Below, piece by piece: positions 35,100-43,777 of a DNA stretch of 44,141 nt. Source of the stretch: a virus (taxonomy: Duplodnaviria; Caudoviricetes). The stretch is taken from IMG/VR virus record IMGVR_UViG_3300034993_000102, positions 1 to 44,141 of that record; one strand, written 5' to 3'. The notes beneath the pieces were generated by a model that made no database searches, was not told where the DNA came from, and worked only from the letters and a program-made list of their open reading frames with translations. Both the position numbers and the translations under genes were made by a program. Numbering within the stretch: position 1 is the stretch's first letter; the number at the start of each line of letters is the position of its first letter.

Positions 35100-35708
35100 A
35101 TGAAACTATTTTTCGATACCGAGACCACGGACAAGGCGGACTTTCACGCGCCGTGTGATGCGCCACACCAGCCGCGCATTGTACAACTGGCTGCGGTTCT
35201 CACGGATGCGGAGGGCCGTGAGCGGGGATCGATGGCCATGATCATCAAGCCGCAGGGCTGGCGCATCAGCCATGAAGCTCAGGCCGTGCATGGCGTCTCG
35301 CTGGAAGATTGCGAACGCTTTGGGGTGCCGATCGTGGTGGCGCTGGCTGCATTCTCGAACCTGGCCCGCGTGGCGGAGGAATTGATCGCCTTCAACGTCG
35401 ATTTCGACCGGCTGCTCCTCGAAGGGGAATGCCGGCGCTGTGCGCGCTCGCTCCCGCCGACGGTGCATTACCGCTGCGAGATGAAGGCGATGACGCCCGT
35501 GTGCGCCATTCCCAAGCCCAGCCAGTACCGCCAGGCAAATGACCCCTACAAATGGCCCTCGCTCAGTGAGGCCCACATTTTTGCGCTCGGCACTGATTTC
35601 AAAGACAAGCACGACGCGCTCGGGGACGTGCGCGCCCTGATGGCGGTTCATTTCTGGCGGTTGCGCCAGCAGTCGCCCGCGCCCAAGCAGGAGGAACTGG
35701 TCCGATGA
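35100..35708 (+). CDS. DEDDh 3'-5' exonuclease (DnaQ-like)
   Basis: FFDTETT, AFNVDFD, KWPSLSEA, HDALGDV. Confidence 0.92.
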   Translation: MKLFFDTETTDKADFHAPCDAPHQPRIVQLAAVLTDAEGRERGSMAMIIKPQGWRISHEAQAVHGVSLEDCERFGVPIVVALAAFSNLARVAEELIAFNVDFDRLLLEGECRRCARSLPPTVHYRCEMKAMTPVCAIPKPSQYRQANDPYKWPSLSEAHIFALGTDFKDKHDALGDVRALMAVHFWRLRQQSPAPKQEELVR

Positions 35709-35825
35709 TTTCAAAACCACACCATGCACACCTAACATGCACACCTAACACTGAGCCCGGCTGTCAGGTTGCGCTGACCCGCACAACGGCGGCGCGGCAG
35801 CCAGCCGGGACGATTTAACCAATCC

Positions 35826-36458
35826 ATGAAAATAAGCATCAAAAGCATTGCCGGATCGGTCCTGTTTGAAGGCGATTTTAGTTGCGTCGCCGAAGCGGTG
35901 AAAGCCGCGATCAAAAGTTACGCCGACTTGCGTTACGCCGACTTGCGTTCCGCCGACTTGCGTTACGCCGACTTGCGTTCCGCCGACTTGCGTTCCGCCG
36001 ACTTGCGTTCCGCCAACTTGCGTTCCGCCGACTTGAGTTCCGCCGACTTGCGTTCCGCCGACTTGAGTTCCGCCGACTTGCGTTCCGCCGACTTGAGTTC
36101 CGCCGACTTGCGTTACGCCGACTTGCGTTCCGCCGACTTGAGTTCCGCCAACTTGCGTTCCGCCGACTTGCGTTCCGCCGACTTGCGTTCCGCCAACTTG
36201 CGTTCCGCCGACTTGAGTTCCGCCGACTTGAGTTCCGCCGACTTGCGTTCCGCCAAAAACTCAGAACTCGCCGTCGCCATGACGCGCATTTTACCCGAGG
36301 GCAGTATCGTCGGATGGAAGAAATGCCAGGGTGACGTGATCGTTAAGCTACTAATCCCGGCCACCGCGAAACGCAGTTCCGACTTCGGTCGCAAGTGTCG
36401 GGCGGAATTCGCCGAGGTGCTGGAGGTAAAAGGCGCGGAAGAAGAAATGCCAGGGTGA
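35826..36458 (+). CDS. A(D/N)LRS pentapeptide repeat protein; C-terminal DUF5758-like domain truncated by a duplication
   Basis: 22 pentapeptide units, then LPEG..VGWKKC...GRKCRAEFA. Confidence 0.85.
   Translation: MKISIKSIAGSVLFEGDFSCVAEAVKAAIKSYADLRYADLRSADLRYADLRSADLRSADLRSANLRSADLSSADLRSADLSSADLRSADLSSADLRYADLRSADLSSANLRSADLRSADLRSANLRSADLSSADLSSADLRSAKNSELAVAMTRILPEGSIVGWKKCQGDVIVKLLIPATAKRSSDFGRKCRAEFAEVLEVKGAEEEMPG
35922..36251 (+). repeat. 15-nt coding tandem repeat GCC RAC TTG MGT TMC, 22 units
   Basis: Directly visible. Confidence 0.95.
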
Positions 36459-36564
36459 CGTGATCGTTAAGCTACTAATCCCGGCCACCGCGAAACGCAG
36501 TTCCGACTTCGGTCGCAAGTGTCGGGCGGAATTCGCCGAGGTGCTGGAGGTTAAAGGCGCGGAA
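36317..36564 (+). repeat. 124-nt tandem duplication (36317-36440, 36441-36564)
   Basis: Copies differ at one base (GAGGTAAAA vs GAGGTTAAA). Confidence 0.92.
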
Positions 36565-36723
36565 GTTGGCATTAGCCTGAACTCAAACTATCCCGCCGTT
36601 GAATACAAAGCAGGCGAAACCGTTAAGCCGCTGAACGGATTCAGCGACGATTGGCAGAAGGAATGCGCGAGCGGGATTCACTTTTTCATCACCGAGGCCG
36701 AAGCGAAGGCGTTCAAGATTTAA
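36460..36723 (+). pseudogene. Out-of-frame C-terminal part of the pentapeptide/DUF5758-like gene
   Basis: Repeats IVKLLIP...EVKGAE then continues to ECASGIHFF. Confidence 0.65.
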
Positions 36724-36741
36724 CAAAACCAACAAACCAAC

Positions 36742-37623
36742 ATGAGCAAACTCAAAGCAAAACCGCCCGAGGAAGTCACACCGGGCAAAACCAAGGGAAT
36801 GATCTTCGGCGCGAGTGGCGTCGGAAAAACGTGGTTTACGCTGACCTTTCCGGCGCCATATTTCATCGACACCGAGGGCGGCGCGGACCTGCAACACTAC
36901 CAGGAGCGGCTGAAGCGGAGCGGCGGGGCGTATCTCGGACCGAAGGAAGGCGCGTTGGATTTCGTAGCCATTATCGAACAGATGAAGGCGCTCGCCGAGG
37001 AAAAGCACCAGTTCAAAACGCTCATCATCGATTCGATTACGAAGCTTTACCAGACGGCTATTGCCAACGAGGCCGGGCGGCTCGGGGACAAGGACGCTTT
37101 CGGTGCGAGTAAGAAACCCGCCATCGCCGGCATGAGGCAGCTCGTTAACTGGGCGATGAAACTCGACATGAACATCTGGTTTGTCGCGCACGACGCCGCC
37201 GAGTGGGGCGTTGACCCGAAGACGCAACAGCGCACCGAGATCGGGCGGGTGCCGGACTGCTGGGAAAAATTGATCTACGAGCTGCACCTGACGCTGCAAG
37301 CCGTGAAACGCGGCCCGGCGCGCGTGGCCATCGTGAAGAAATCGCGCCTCTTGGGCTTCCCCGACCTGGAGCAGTTCCCGCTTGATTACGCCGAATTCGC
37401 GCAGCGTTACGGCCGGGACTATATCGAAGCCGACTCAAAGCAAATCGTTTTCGCCACCACAGAACAGGTTGCGGAAATTCACCGGCTACTCGGCGCCATC
37501 AAGGTGAGCGAGTCCGAGATTGAGAAGGTGTGGACGAAGGCCGGCGTTGACTCGTGGAACGAACTGAGCACTGAGCAGGCCGTGGCCACCGTCGCCTGGC
37601 TAAAAAAGAAAATCGCAGCATAA
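36742..37623 (+). CDS. AAA_24/Sak4-like ATPase (recombination)
   Basis: FGASGVGKT, IDTEGG, IIDSIT, FVAH. Confidence 0.85.
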   Translation: MSKLKAKPPEEVTPGKTKGMIFGASGVGKTWFTLTFPAPYFIDTEGGADLQHYQERLKRSGGAYLGPKEGALDFVAIIEQMKALAEEKHQFKTLIIDSITKLYQTAIANEAGRLGDKDAFGASKKPAIAGMRQLVNWAMKLDMNIWFVAHDAAEWGVDPKTQQRTEIGRVPDCWEKLIYELHLTLQAVKRGPARVAIVKKSRLLGFPDLEQFPLDYAEFAQRYGRDYIEADSKQIVFATTEQVAEIHRLLGAIKVSESEIEKVWTKAGVDSWNELSTEQAVATVAWLKKKIAA

Positions 37624-37632
37624 CAAAAACCT

Positions 37633-38106
37633 ATGGCATTCAAATTCACACCAAAATCCGAAAAAGACGTGAGCAGCGGAGGATTCTCTAATCTGCCGGC
37701 CGGGGAATATCCGTTCACGGTGATGGAGTCAGGCATTGCGCGCAGCAAGAGCGAGAAGAACGCCGGCCGCGAGTTCATCAAACTCAAACTCATCGTCCAC
37801 GGACCGGACTACGATCGACACGTATTTGATATGTTCGCCGACTGGTTCAGTGAGTGGAAACTCAAGCACTTCTGCGAAACCGTCAACATGCAGAAGGAAT
37901 ACCTCTCCGGCGCACTGAACCCCGACAACAACCGATGGAAGGACCGCCAGGGCTTCGTGCGGATCAAGGTGACGCCGGCTCAGGGCAATTACGAATCGAA
38001 GAATGAGGTGGTGGACTATCTGCCCGACGATTTGCAGAAGTGCGAGGAGGTAGAGAAAGCCGAGCCGACCATGCCGCCGGCGCCGGATGACGACGTTCCG
38101 TTCTAA
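37633..38106 (+). CDS. DUF669-like single-stranded DNA-binding protein
   Basis: LPAGEY, KNEV..Y, acidic DDDVPF C-terminus; follows Sak4-like gene. Confidence 0.85.
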   Translation: MAFKFTPKSEKDVSSGGFSNLPAGEYPFTVMESGIARSKSEKNAGREFIKLKLIVHGPDYDRHVFDMFADWFSEWKLKHFCETVNMQKEYLSGALNPDNNRWKDRQGFVRIKVTPAQGNYESKNEVVDYLPDDLQKCEEVEKAEPTMPPAPDDDVPF

Positions 38107-38181
38107 TCTGATGGGTGGAACGTTCGCTGGGTGCGATATAAGCCCTCCCTAAACGCTGCAATCGAAACCCGGCCCTAACTT

Positions 38182-38358
38182 ATGGAAATGTCACTAGGAA
38201 TGATAATGCTCTGGCTCTCCGGCTTCACCGCGGGGCTCGCCACCGCGCTGGTTATCGCCACGATCCTTTCACGGCGCGCGAAACATAACACCGAGTGGCC
38301 AGAAACCTTTCCCGCCGACGGCTGCGGATAATACAACCCACAACCCCATGAAAAATGA
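38182..38358 (+). CDS. Small membrane protein, 58 aa
   Basis: N-terminal TM; ATGA-coupled to next gene. Confidence 0.5.
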
Positions 38359-38720
38359 TTACGCTCGCCGAATACCTAATAATGCAAAGACGGCGCGAGA
38401 ATCGTTCGCGCTTGCAATCTCCAATCGCAACTACTTCAAGCGGATCGGAGGCCGACCTGCAAAACCAGATCGCGGACTACTGCCGGACCGAGGGCTGGAT
38501 CGCCCTGCGCGGCTCGATGGCGCACCGGACTCACCGCACGAAGGGAGAAGCCGACTTCACGATCTTAGCGTCACGGGGCCGCAAGTTCCTCGTCGAGTGC
38601 AAAACCAAAACGGGAAAGCTCTCAACCGATCAACTCGCGCTGAAAATGCAAGCCGAGTCGCTCGGTCATGCAGTTGCTGTGGTGCGCTCATTCCAGGATT
38701 TCCTCGAACTGGTGGGGTGA
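38355..38720 (+). CDS. VRR-NUC domain nuclease
   Basis: SEADLQ..I, G.AD, VECKT..GKLS.DQ, VVRS. Confidence 0.88.
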   Translation: MITLAEYLIMQRRRENRSRLQSPIATTSSGSEADLQNQIADYCRTEGWIALRGSMAHRTHRTKGEADFTILASRGRKFLVECKTKTGKLSTDQLALKMQAESLGHAVAVVRSFQDFLELVG

Positions 38721-38724
38721 AGAT

Positions 38725-39066
38725 ATGAACTTTACGCAAGCCCTCGGCTTTGACCCTGCCGCTCTGGTGGGCAGGTTTGTCCGCAGTGGGAAGATTAGGT
38801 TTGAGGCGCCGCTGCTCACACCTCCGACGGCGCGCCCGCGGGCGCTATCCCGCAACGCGCAGAGCGAACGCAGGCGTCGCGCACGATTCCGCGCGCTCGG
38901 ATTAACATCGAAAGGCAAACCGCGAACCGGGCTCGCCAAAACGTTCAGCCCCGCGCTCAAGGAGTGGTTCATCGACGAGGCGCAGCGGCTCGGAATCACC
39001 CCGCACGCCGTTTACATGCGCGTGAAACGCGGCAAGGCGACGCCGCCAAAAGGGCTGCGCCCATGA
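38725..39066 (+). CDS. Hypothetical basic protein with C-terminal HTH-like segment
   Basis: EAQRLGITPHAVYMRVKRG. Confidence 0.55.
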   Translation: MNFTQALGFDPAALVGRFVRSGKIRFEAPLLTPPTARPRALSRNAQSERRRRARFRALGLTSKGKPRTGLAKTFSPALKEWFIDEAQRLGITPHAVYMRVKRGKATPPKGLRP

Positions 39067-39205
39067 TTGAGAAGCCAAACAAAAGGAGAAACCTAACAAG
39101 GTGGCGCGACGCCCGGCTGCGCCGGCTGCGCTACTTGGAATCACCCACGGACCGGCAGCGTCGGAGAATTGAGACGCTGGAGAGGCAATTAGGAGGGCTT
39201 TACCT

Positions 39206-39424
39206 GTGACCGTTATGAGTGAAGCGATCTGTGAATTTTGCGGCATCGAAATTGCGAAACACGCCCGTTGTCGTTTGTGTGGCTATACGTGGTGTGACTG
39301 CCAAATTCACGGCGACCATTGGCGTTGCGATGCAATAATAAGTCCAGAACGACCAACTGAATTGCGCCGCCGTGACAATGCGTCAATGAAGTTGGCGCGT
39401 GCGGCACTAAAGGATTCCGCATGA
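39206..39424 (+). CDS. Cys-rich hypothetical protein
   Basis: CEFC, CRLC, CDC; coupled. Confidence 0.5.
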   Translation: MTVMSEAICEFCGIEIAKHARCRLCGYTWCDCQIHGDHWRCDAIISPERPTELRRRDNASMKLARAALKDSA

Positions 39425-39615
39425 CCGCCGCCGAAGCCAAAACCTTAGCAGACAAAGGGATGCGCGCCGCGCTCACGAACCTGATGGCGACGTGCGAATC
39501 AGATTCGTGCGACCTGCTCATGCACGGCCTGACCAACGACGAAACCGCCGCCATGTGGCACGCCCTGGACACCCTTAGGACGGAGTTCGCGGTTAGGCGG
39601 GAGGCGTTGAAATGA
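39421..39615 (+). CDS. Hypothetical protein
   Basis: Coupled both ends. Confidence 0.55.
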   Translation: MTAAEAKTLADKGMRAALTNLMATCESDSCDLLMHGLTNDETAAMWHALDTLRTEFAVRREALK

Positions 39616-40118
39616 CGTATCAAATCATCTACGCCGATCCGCCGTGGACATACCACCAAAAGGGCGTGAGCGGAGCCGCGTCGAAGCAATACCAACTGAT
39701 GACCGATGATGAACTCTGCGCGATGACGATACCAGCCGCGGATAATTGCATCCTGTATATGTGGGCAACGTCCCCGCTATTAGAGAGCGGGCTTCGCGTT
39801 ATGAAGGCGTGGGGATTTAGCTATAAGTCACAGGCGGTGTGGGATAAACTCCGAACAGGGATCGGCTTCTGGTGGATTGGGCAGCACGAAATCCTGATGG
39901 TTGGCGTGCGTGGCAAAGTAAGTCCCCCACCTCCCGCACTCCGCAAATCTTCGGTGATACGGTGTGGCCGTGGGAGGCATAGCGCAAAACCTGAACAGGT
40001 TCGCGCATGGATCGAGCAATGGTATCCAGACGTTCCGAAGCTGGAAATGTTTTCGCGGCTAAAACGTCCTGGTTGGGATGTGTTTGGAAATCAAGTTGAA
40101 TACGATCTTCTATCCTAG
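39612..40118 (+). CDS. MT-A70 family adenine methyltransferase
   Basis: IYADPPW, LYMWAT, WGFSY, HS.KP, LEMFSR. Confidence 0.92.
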   Translation: MTYQIIYADPPWTYHQKGVSGAASKQYQLMTDDELCAMTIPAADNCILYMWATSPLLESGLRVMKAWGFSYKSQAVWDKLRTGIGFWWIGQHEILMVGVRGKVSPPPPALRKSSVIRCGRGRHSAKPEQVRAWIEQWYPDVPKLEMFSRLKRPGWDVFGNQVEYDLLS

Positions 40119-40119
40119 C

Positions 40120-40296
40120 ATGAAGAAGTTTGTTCAATCCTACGACCAGCCGCACGGGATCGACTTAGCTATGCTGCGCCCGGTGCGCTCGTGTGCAGCC
40201 GTCGGGAAGCTGCTCGGGCTGACTTCTCAAAGAGTGAACCAGATCCAGCGCGTGGCGCTGCGCAAGGTGGCGCTGCGAATGCGGAGGGGAATATGA
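40120..40296 (+). CDS. Sigma70 region-4-like HTH protein
   Basis: VGKLLGLTSQRVNQIQRVALRKV. Confidence 0.7.
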   Translation: MKKFVQSYDQPHGIDLAMLRPVRSCAAVGKLLGLTSQRVNQIQRVALRKVALRMRRGI

Positions 40297-40302
40297 CGCC
40301 CA

Positions 40303-40425
40303 TCACTTTTTCTTCTTCGGCCGACCGCCCCGGCGACCATTGGCTCGAGCTGCCTCGGATTTCTTGCGCGTCTTTGCTGATCCGCCAACCGCGCCAATCT
40401 TGCGGAAATAGTTTCGCAGTATCAC
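40303..40425 (-). CDS. 40-aa basic KGG/GRP-motif peptide
   Basis: MILRNYFRKIGAVGGSAKTRKKSEAARANGRRGGRPKKKK; GTGA-coupled to 40422-40607; not in ORF track. Confidence 0.75.
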   Translation of the reverse strand: MILRNYFRKIGAVGGSAKTRKKSEAARANGRRGGRPKKKK

Positions 40426-40607
40426 TCGACCCTCGTAATACGGTAAGCGCCCGGCTCGGTCATGTGAACTTCAACGATGAGCCCGCGCTTCTTGGCCATG
40501 CGGTAAGCGTTTGTGGCGCCATTGGCCGAGAGCAGGCATTCAATGGAACCACCGCGCTTGAGCGACTTGAGAAAGTCCCAACGTTTTGCAGGTGTAATCA
40601 ATTTCAT
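40422..40607 (-). CDS. Hypothetical protein, 61 aa
   Basis: Own promoter directly upstream. Confidence 0.7.
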   Translation of the reverse strand: MKLITPAKRWDFLKSLKRGGSIECLLSANGATNAYRMAKKRGLIVEVHMTEPGAYRITRVE

Positions 40608-40613
40608 AGCGCG

Positions 40614-40642
40614 ATATTCCCAAGCCGCTTGGGTTTTGTCAA
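40614..40642 (-). promoter_or_regulatory. Promoter TTGACA-N17-GAATAT with palindrome CCCAAGCGGCTTGGG
   Basis: Perfect -35; -10 lies 6 nt before ATG (leaderless-type). Confidence 0.7.
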
Positions 40643-40654
40643 GAGGGAAATAGA

Positions 40655-41665
40655 ATGACGGCTGAACCGCTCAAATCTCCGTTCCCGTACTTTGGCGGCA
40701 AGCGCAAGGTCGCTGAAACCGTTTGGCAGCGGTTCGGGATGGTTCAGAACTACGTGGAGCCCTTCTTTGGAAGCGGCGCCGTGTTGCTAGGATGCCCGTA
40801 CAGCGATCCTGTTACCGAAACGGTAAATGATGCCGACGGGCTGCTTGCGAACTTCTGGCGGGCGCTCCAGGCGCAACCCGAGATGGTCGCCAAATGGGCG
40901 GACTGGCCCGTAAACGAGAACGACTTGCACGCGCGGCACGCTTGGCTCGTGGAGCATAAGGAAACGCTGCAGTCTCGGCTTGAAGGCGATCCCGATTTCT
41001 ACGACGCGAAGGTTGCCGGATGGTGGGTGTGGGGTATGGCCTGTTGGATAGGCTCAGGCTTCTGCTCAGGCAACGGTCCTTGGAAAGTGCGCGAGATAGA
41101 CGGCGTGCGACAGTTGGTTGACACAGGAGAACAAGGCGGCGCTTGGCGTAAACGCGTCCACGTCGGCAGCGAAGGGCAGGGCGTAAACCGTCAACTCGTC
41201 CACTTAATGAATGCGGGCTACAGCCTTAACCGCAACGAGGATTTGATCCACTACTTCACCGCCCTCGCCGCTCGCCTGCGCCGCGTGCGCGTTTGTTGCG
41301 GTGACTGGAGCCGCGTGTGCGGGCCGTCTGTCACCTACAGACACGGGATCACCGCCGTTTTTCTCGACCCGCCTTACGCCGACACCGCCAGCCGAACCAG
41401 CAACCTTTACCGCGTCGATTGCGAGAAGGTCGCGCATGACGCGCGCGAATGGGCCATAGCTGAGGGCAAAAATCCACTCATGCGGATCGCGCTATGCGGT
41501 TACGCCGAGGAACACACCATGCCGGCGGAATGGGAATGCTTCTCGTGGTCCGCTGGCGCCGGATTCGGGGGGCAGGCGCACGGGGAACAAACCGGCAACG
41601 GCAAGCGCGAGCGTGTTTGGTTCTCGCCGCACTGCGAACGGCCGAATCAGGGGAGTTTGTTTTAA
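40655..41665 (+). CDS. Dam-like (D12 class) DNA adenine methyltransferase
   Basis: PYFGGKR, YVEPFFGSGAV, VND, FLDPPY. Confidence 0.92.
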   Translation: MTAEPLKSPFPYFGGKRKVAETVWQRFGMVQNYVEPFFGSGAVLLGCPYSDPVTETVNDADGLLANFWRALQAQPEMVAKWADWPVNENDLHARHAWLVEHKETLQSRLEGDPDFYDAKVAGWWVWGMACWIGSGFCSGNGPWKVREIDGVRQLVDTGEQGGAWRKRVHVGSEGQGVNRQLVHLMNAGYSLNRNEDLIHYFTALAARLRRVRVCCGDWSRVCGPSVTYRHGITAVFLDPPYADTASRTSNLYRVDCEKVAHDAREWAIAEGKNPLMRIALCGYAEEHTMPAEWECFSWSAGAGFGGQAHGEQTGNGKRERVWFSPHCERPNQGSLF

Positions 41666-41669
41666 CGCT

Positions 41670-42479
41670 ATGCAATGGCTGAACCTCAATTCTGAGACCC
41701 TCGACAGCGAGGAGTTCGTCGGCAGCGAGCCCGTGGACCGGGCGACGTGGCTCTGCCTGTTGCGCTATTGCGCGGGGCAAGAGAACGGCGGCCGAATTCG
41801 CGATTGCAAGGCATGGGCGGATCGCAAATGGCAGCAACTTTGTAGGGTGACAAAAACGGAAATTGAGCGTGCCTCGAAGCTCTGGAAATGGAAGGGAGAC
41901 GACCTGATCGTTTTCGCTTATCCGAGCGACCAAGAAGCGGTTATTTTAGCAAAAAGAGAGGGCGGACGCGTCGGCGGACTAAAATCCGCTCAAACACGAC
42001 GCAAAACGGAAGTCGTTTCCGAGGCTCAAACAAAGGACGAAGCAAGCTCACCTCCAAGCATAGCTTCAAATGAGCTTCAAGCTGGAGACCAACGTAAGGG
42101 AAGGGAAGGGAAGGGAAGGGAAGGTAAGGGAAGTACACACGCATACCCCGCGCGCGCGAAGCGGCTTCACGGAATCCCTGAAACCGTGGACGAGGTTGTC
42201 GCCTACGGCCGAACGATTAACCCGCCCGTCAGCGAATCGAAATGCCGAAACTTCTGGGCGCATTACGAGGGGCAGGCCGGCACAAACCCCAACGGGGACA
42301 TTTTCTGGAAAACCAGCGGCGACGCCGTGGTTACAAAGTGGAAAGTGAAACTACCGCAGTTCGAGGACAAACAACATGGAAACAATCAACGAAACAATCG
42401 GCAGGGTGACCGCAACGCGGGAACAGCCAACGAAGGTCGCGCCGGGCAATATGCAGGCATCGGCAAGGTTCAATCCTAA
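41670..42479 (+). CDS. Replication initiator protein
   Basis: N-terminal winged-helix-like region, REGGRVGG, KGREGKGREGKG linker, P.TVDEV..Y...FWAHYE..W C-terminal domain; precedes DnaC-like gene. Confidence 0.75.
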   Translation: MQWLNLNSETLDSEEFVGSEPVDRATWLCLLRYCAGQENGGRIRDCKAWADRKWQQLCRVTKTEIERASKLWKWKGDDLIVFAYPSDQEAVILAKREGGRVGGLKSAQTRRKTEVVSEAQTKDEASSPPSIASNELQAGDQRKGREGKGREGKGSTHAYPARAKRLHGIPETVDEVVAYGRTINPPVSESKCRNFWAHYEGQAGTNPNGDIFWKTSGDAVVTKWKVKLPQFEDKQHGNNQRNNRQGDRNAGTANEGRAGQYAGIGKVQS

Positions 42480-43023
42480 GTTTCAAACCTTCGGGGAGCG
42501 GGAACTCGTGGTTATGCTAAATGCGGCCGTCGGATTCGTGGAAGACATAGACGCCATCGCCATCGGCTCTAAACCACGGTGGCTCTCACTGCTCGGTGGC
42601 AGTGGCGCCGGCAAGACGCACCTCGCAAAAGCGATCTGGCGTTGGTTCAGGACTTCACCGCACGCCTGCGCCGAAGTTGTTGGTGAGCAAGAAATCATTT
42701 ACCCGGGCCAGTTCGCCTCGTGGCGTAAGGTGGCTGACGGCATTCTCGGCGGGAACTACTCCCGGATCGAGGAACTCTGCTCTGAGAAGTTCGTGGTCAT
42801 CGACGACATCGGCGCCGAATACCAGGACAAGGCCGGGATCGTGAAAGCGAAACTAGATCGCGTGATCGACGCGCGCCTCGGAAAGTGGACCGTCATCACC
42901 TGCAATCTCACGCTCGAACAAATCGCAACGCAAATGGACACACGCATCGCCTCACGCCTAATCCGCGGCGGCAGTGTCGTGGTGGAAACAACGGCGCAGG
43001 ATTTCAATACGAGGAAATTATGA
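42376..43023 (+). CDS. DnaC/IstB-like ATPase (helicase loader)
   Basis: GGSGAGKTHLA, IDDIGAE, TVITCNL, RIASRL. Confidence 0.9.
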   Translation: METINETIGRVTATREQPTKVAPGNMQASARFNPKFQTFGERELVVMLNAAVGFVEDIDAIAIGSKPRWLSLLGGSGAGKTHLAKAIWRWFRTSPHACAEVVGEQEIIYPGQFASWRKVADGILGGNYSRIEELCSEKFVVIDDIGAEYQDKAGIVKAKLDRVIDARLGKWTVITCNLTLEQIATQMDTRIASRLIRGGSVVVETTAQDFNTRKL

Positions 43024-43205
43024 CCCACGGCTGGCTACTGCACGAACAGAAAAAACAACGCGCGAAGATGCACCACTTTTTTCGCGGCCCGCTCTCGCTC
43101 TGCGAACGCGCCCCGAGGCCGAAGGGGGAACCTTTGCCCGTGAAGGATGACGACGCTTTCAACTGCACCAGGTGTCAGAAACTTAAACGGATGTTGGAAC
43201 TATGA
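43020..43205 (+). CDS. Small Zn-finger-like hypothetical protein
   Basis: HFF...SLC...CTRC; coupled. Confidence 0.55.
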   Translation: MTHGWLLHEQKKQRAKMHHFFRGPLSLCERAPRPKGEPLPVKDDDAFNCTRCQKLKRMLEL

Positions 43206-43390
43206 GAAAAAACGAAACACTCGAAGCCGAGGCCGCACGCAAGAAGCGCGAAGCGGAATTGCCTCTGCGGATCGCTGGCTGCTCGAACCGCGTCGCTGCA
43301 TTGTGTGAGAAAGTGATTGCCGCGATCCAAACCGTTGACCGCAGGAACCGAACCAACCCCGGCGGGGAAAAAAGCGGCACGCTCGAATGA
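43202..43390 (+). CDS. Hypothetical protein
   Basis: Coupled ORF. Confidence 0.5.
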   Translation: MRKNETLEAEAARKKREAELPLRIAGCSNRVAALCEKVIAAIQTVDRRNRTNPGGEKSGTLE

Positions 43391-43590
43391 AAACGAAAAC
43401 CATAACCATCGGCAGCGGGGAGTTCCTCGTTGAAAATATCTTAGCCATCTTCAGGGAGAATCGCACTTTATGCGTTTCGCTTCGCGTCGGTGAGACTGTC
43501 GGATTCATCTATCCAAACACACAGCTCGCGCACGAGGCACAAGTGGAAGCGGCTGAAAGCTGGCGGGAAGCAATGAATGAATCGCAATGA
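43387..43590 (+). CDS. Hypothetical protein
   Basis: Coupled ORF. Confidence 0.55.
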   Translation: MKTKTITIGSGEFLVENILAIFRENRTLCVSLRVGETVGFIYPNTQLAHEAQVEAAESWREAMNESQ

Positions 43591-43777
43591 CTTCCACAAC
43601 GGCCGCGTGAAACAACCGCACGGAGATTGGCATTATGATCACCACATGAAAACCCCACACGACGAACATTGGCCCTGGTATCTCACGCTCATGCTCGCAC
43701 CGCTCGCCGTGTTCTACGTCGTGTCGCTGGTCGCGCTTTCGGTGGGCGCTGTGGTTTGTCGGCTGTTAAAGAAATGA
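43577..43777 (+). CDS. Small membrane protein
   Basis: Long C-terminal hydrophobic segment. Confidence 0.55.
   Translation: MNRNDFHNGRVKQPHGDWHYDHHMKTPHDEHWPWYLTLMLAPLAVFYVVSLVALSVGAVVCRLLKK

Noticed and set aside
33602-36251. CRISPR arrays
   Set aside because: Both 15-nt arrays are contiguous in-frame coding repeats without unique spacers; no cas genes
33472-36334. Alternate-frame repeat ORFs (PVFxx, RCSxx, RRLAF)
   Set aside because: Shadow frames of the 15-nt coding repeats
36317-36564. Diversity-generating retroelement TR/VR pair
   Set aside because: Only one mismatch, copies are directly tandem, and no reverse transcriptase motif is visible in the genome
38107-38181. Hammerhead-like ribozyme (CTGATG...GAAAC)
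   Set aside because: Core is CTGATGG rather than CTGANGA and I could not build the three stems
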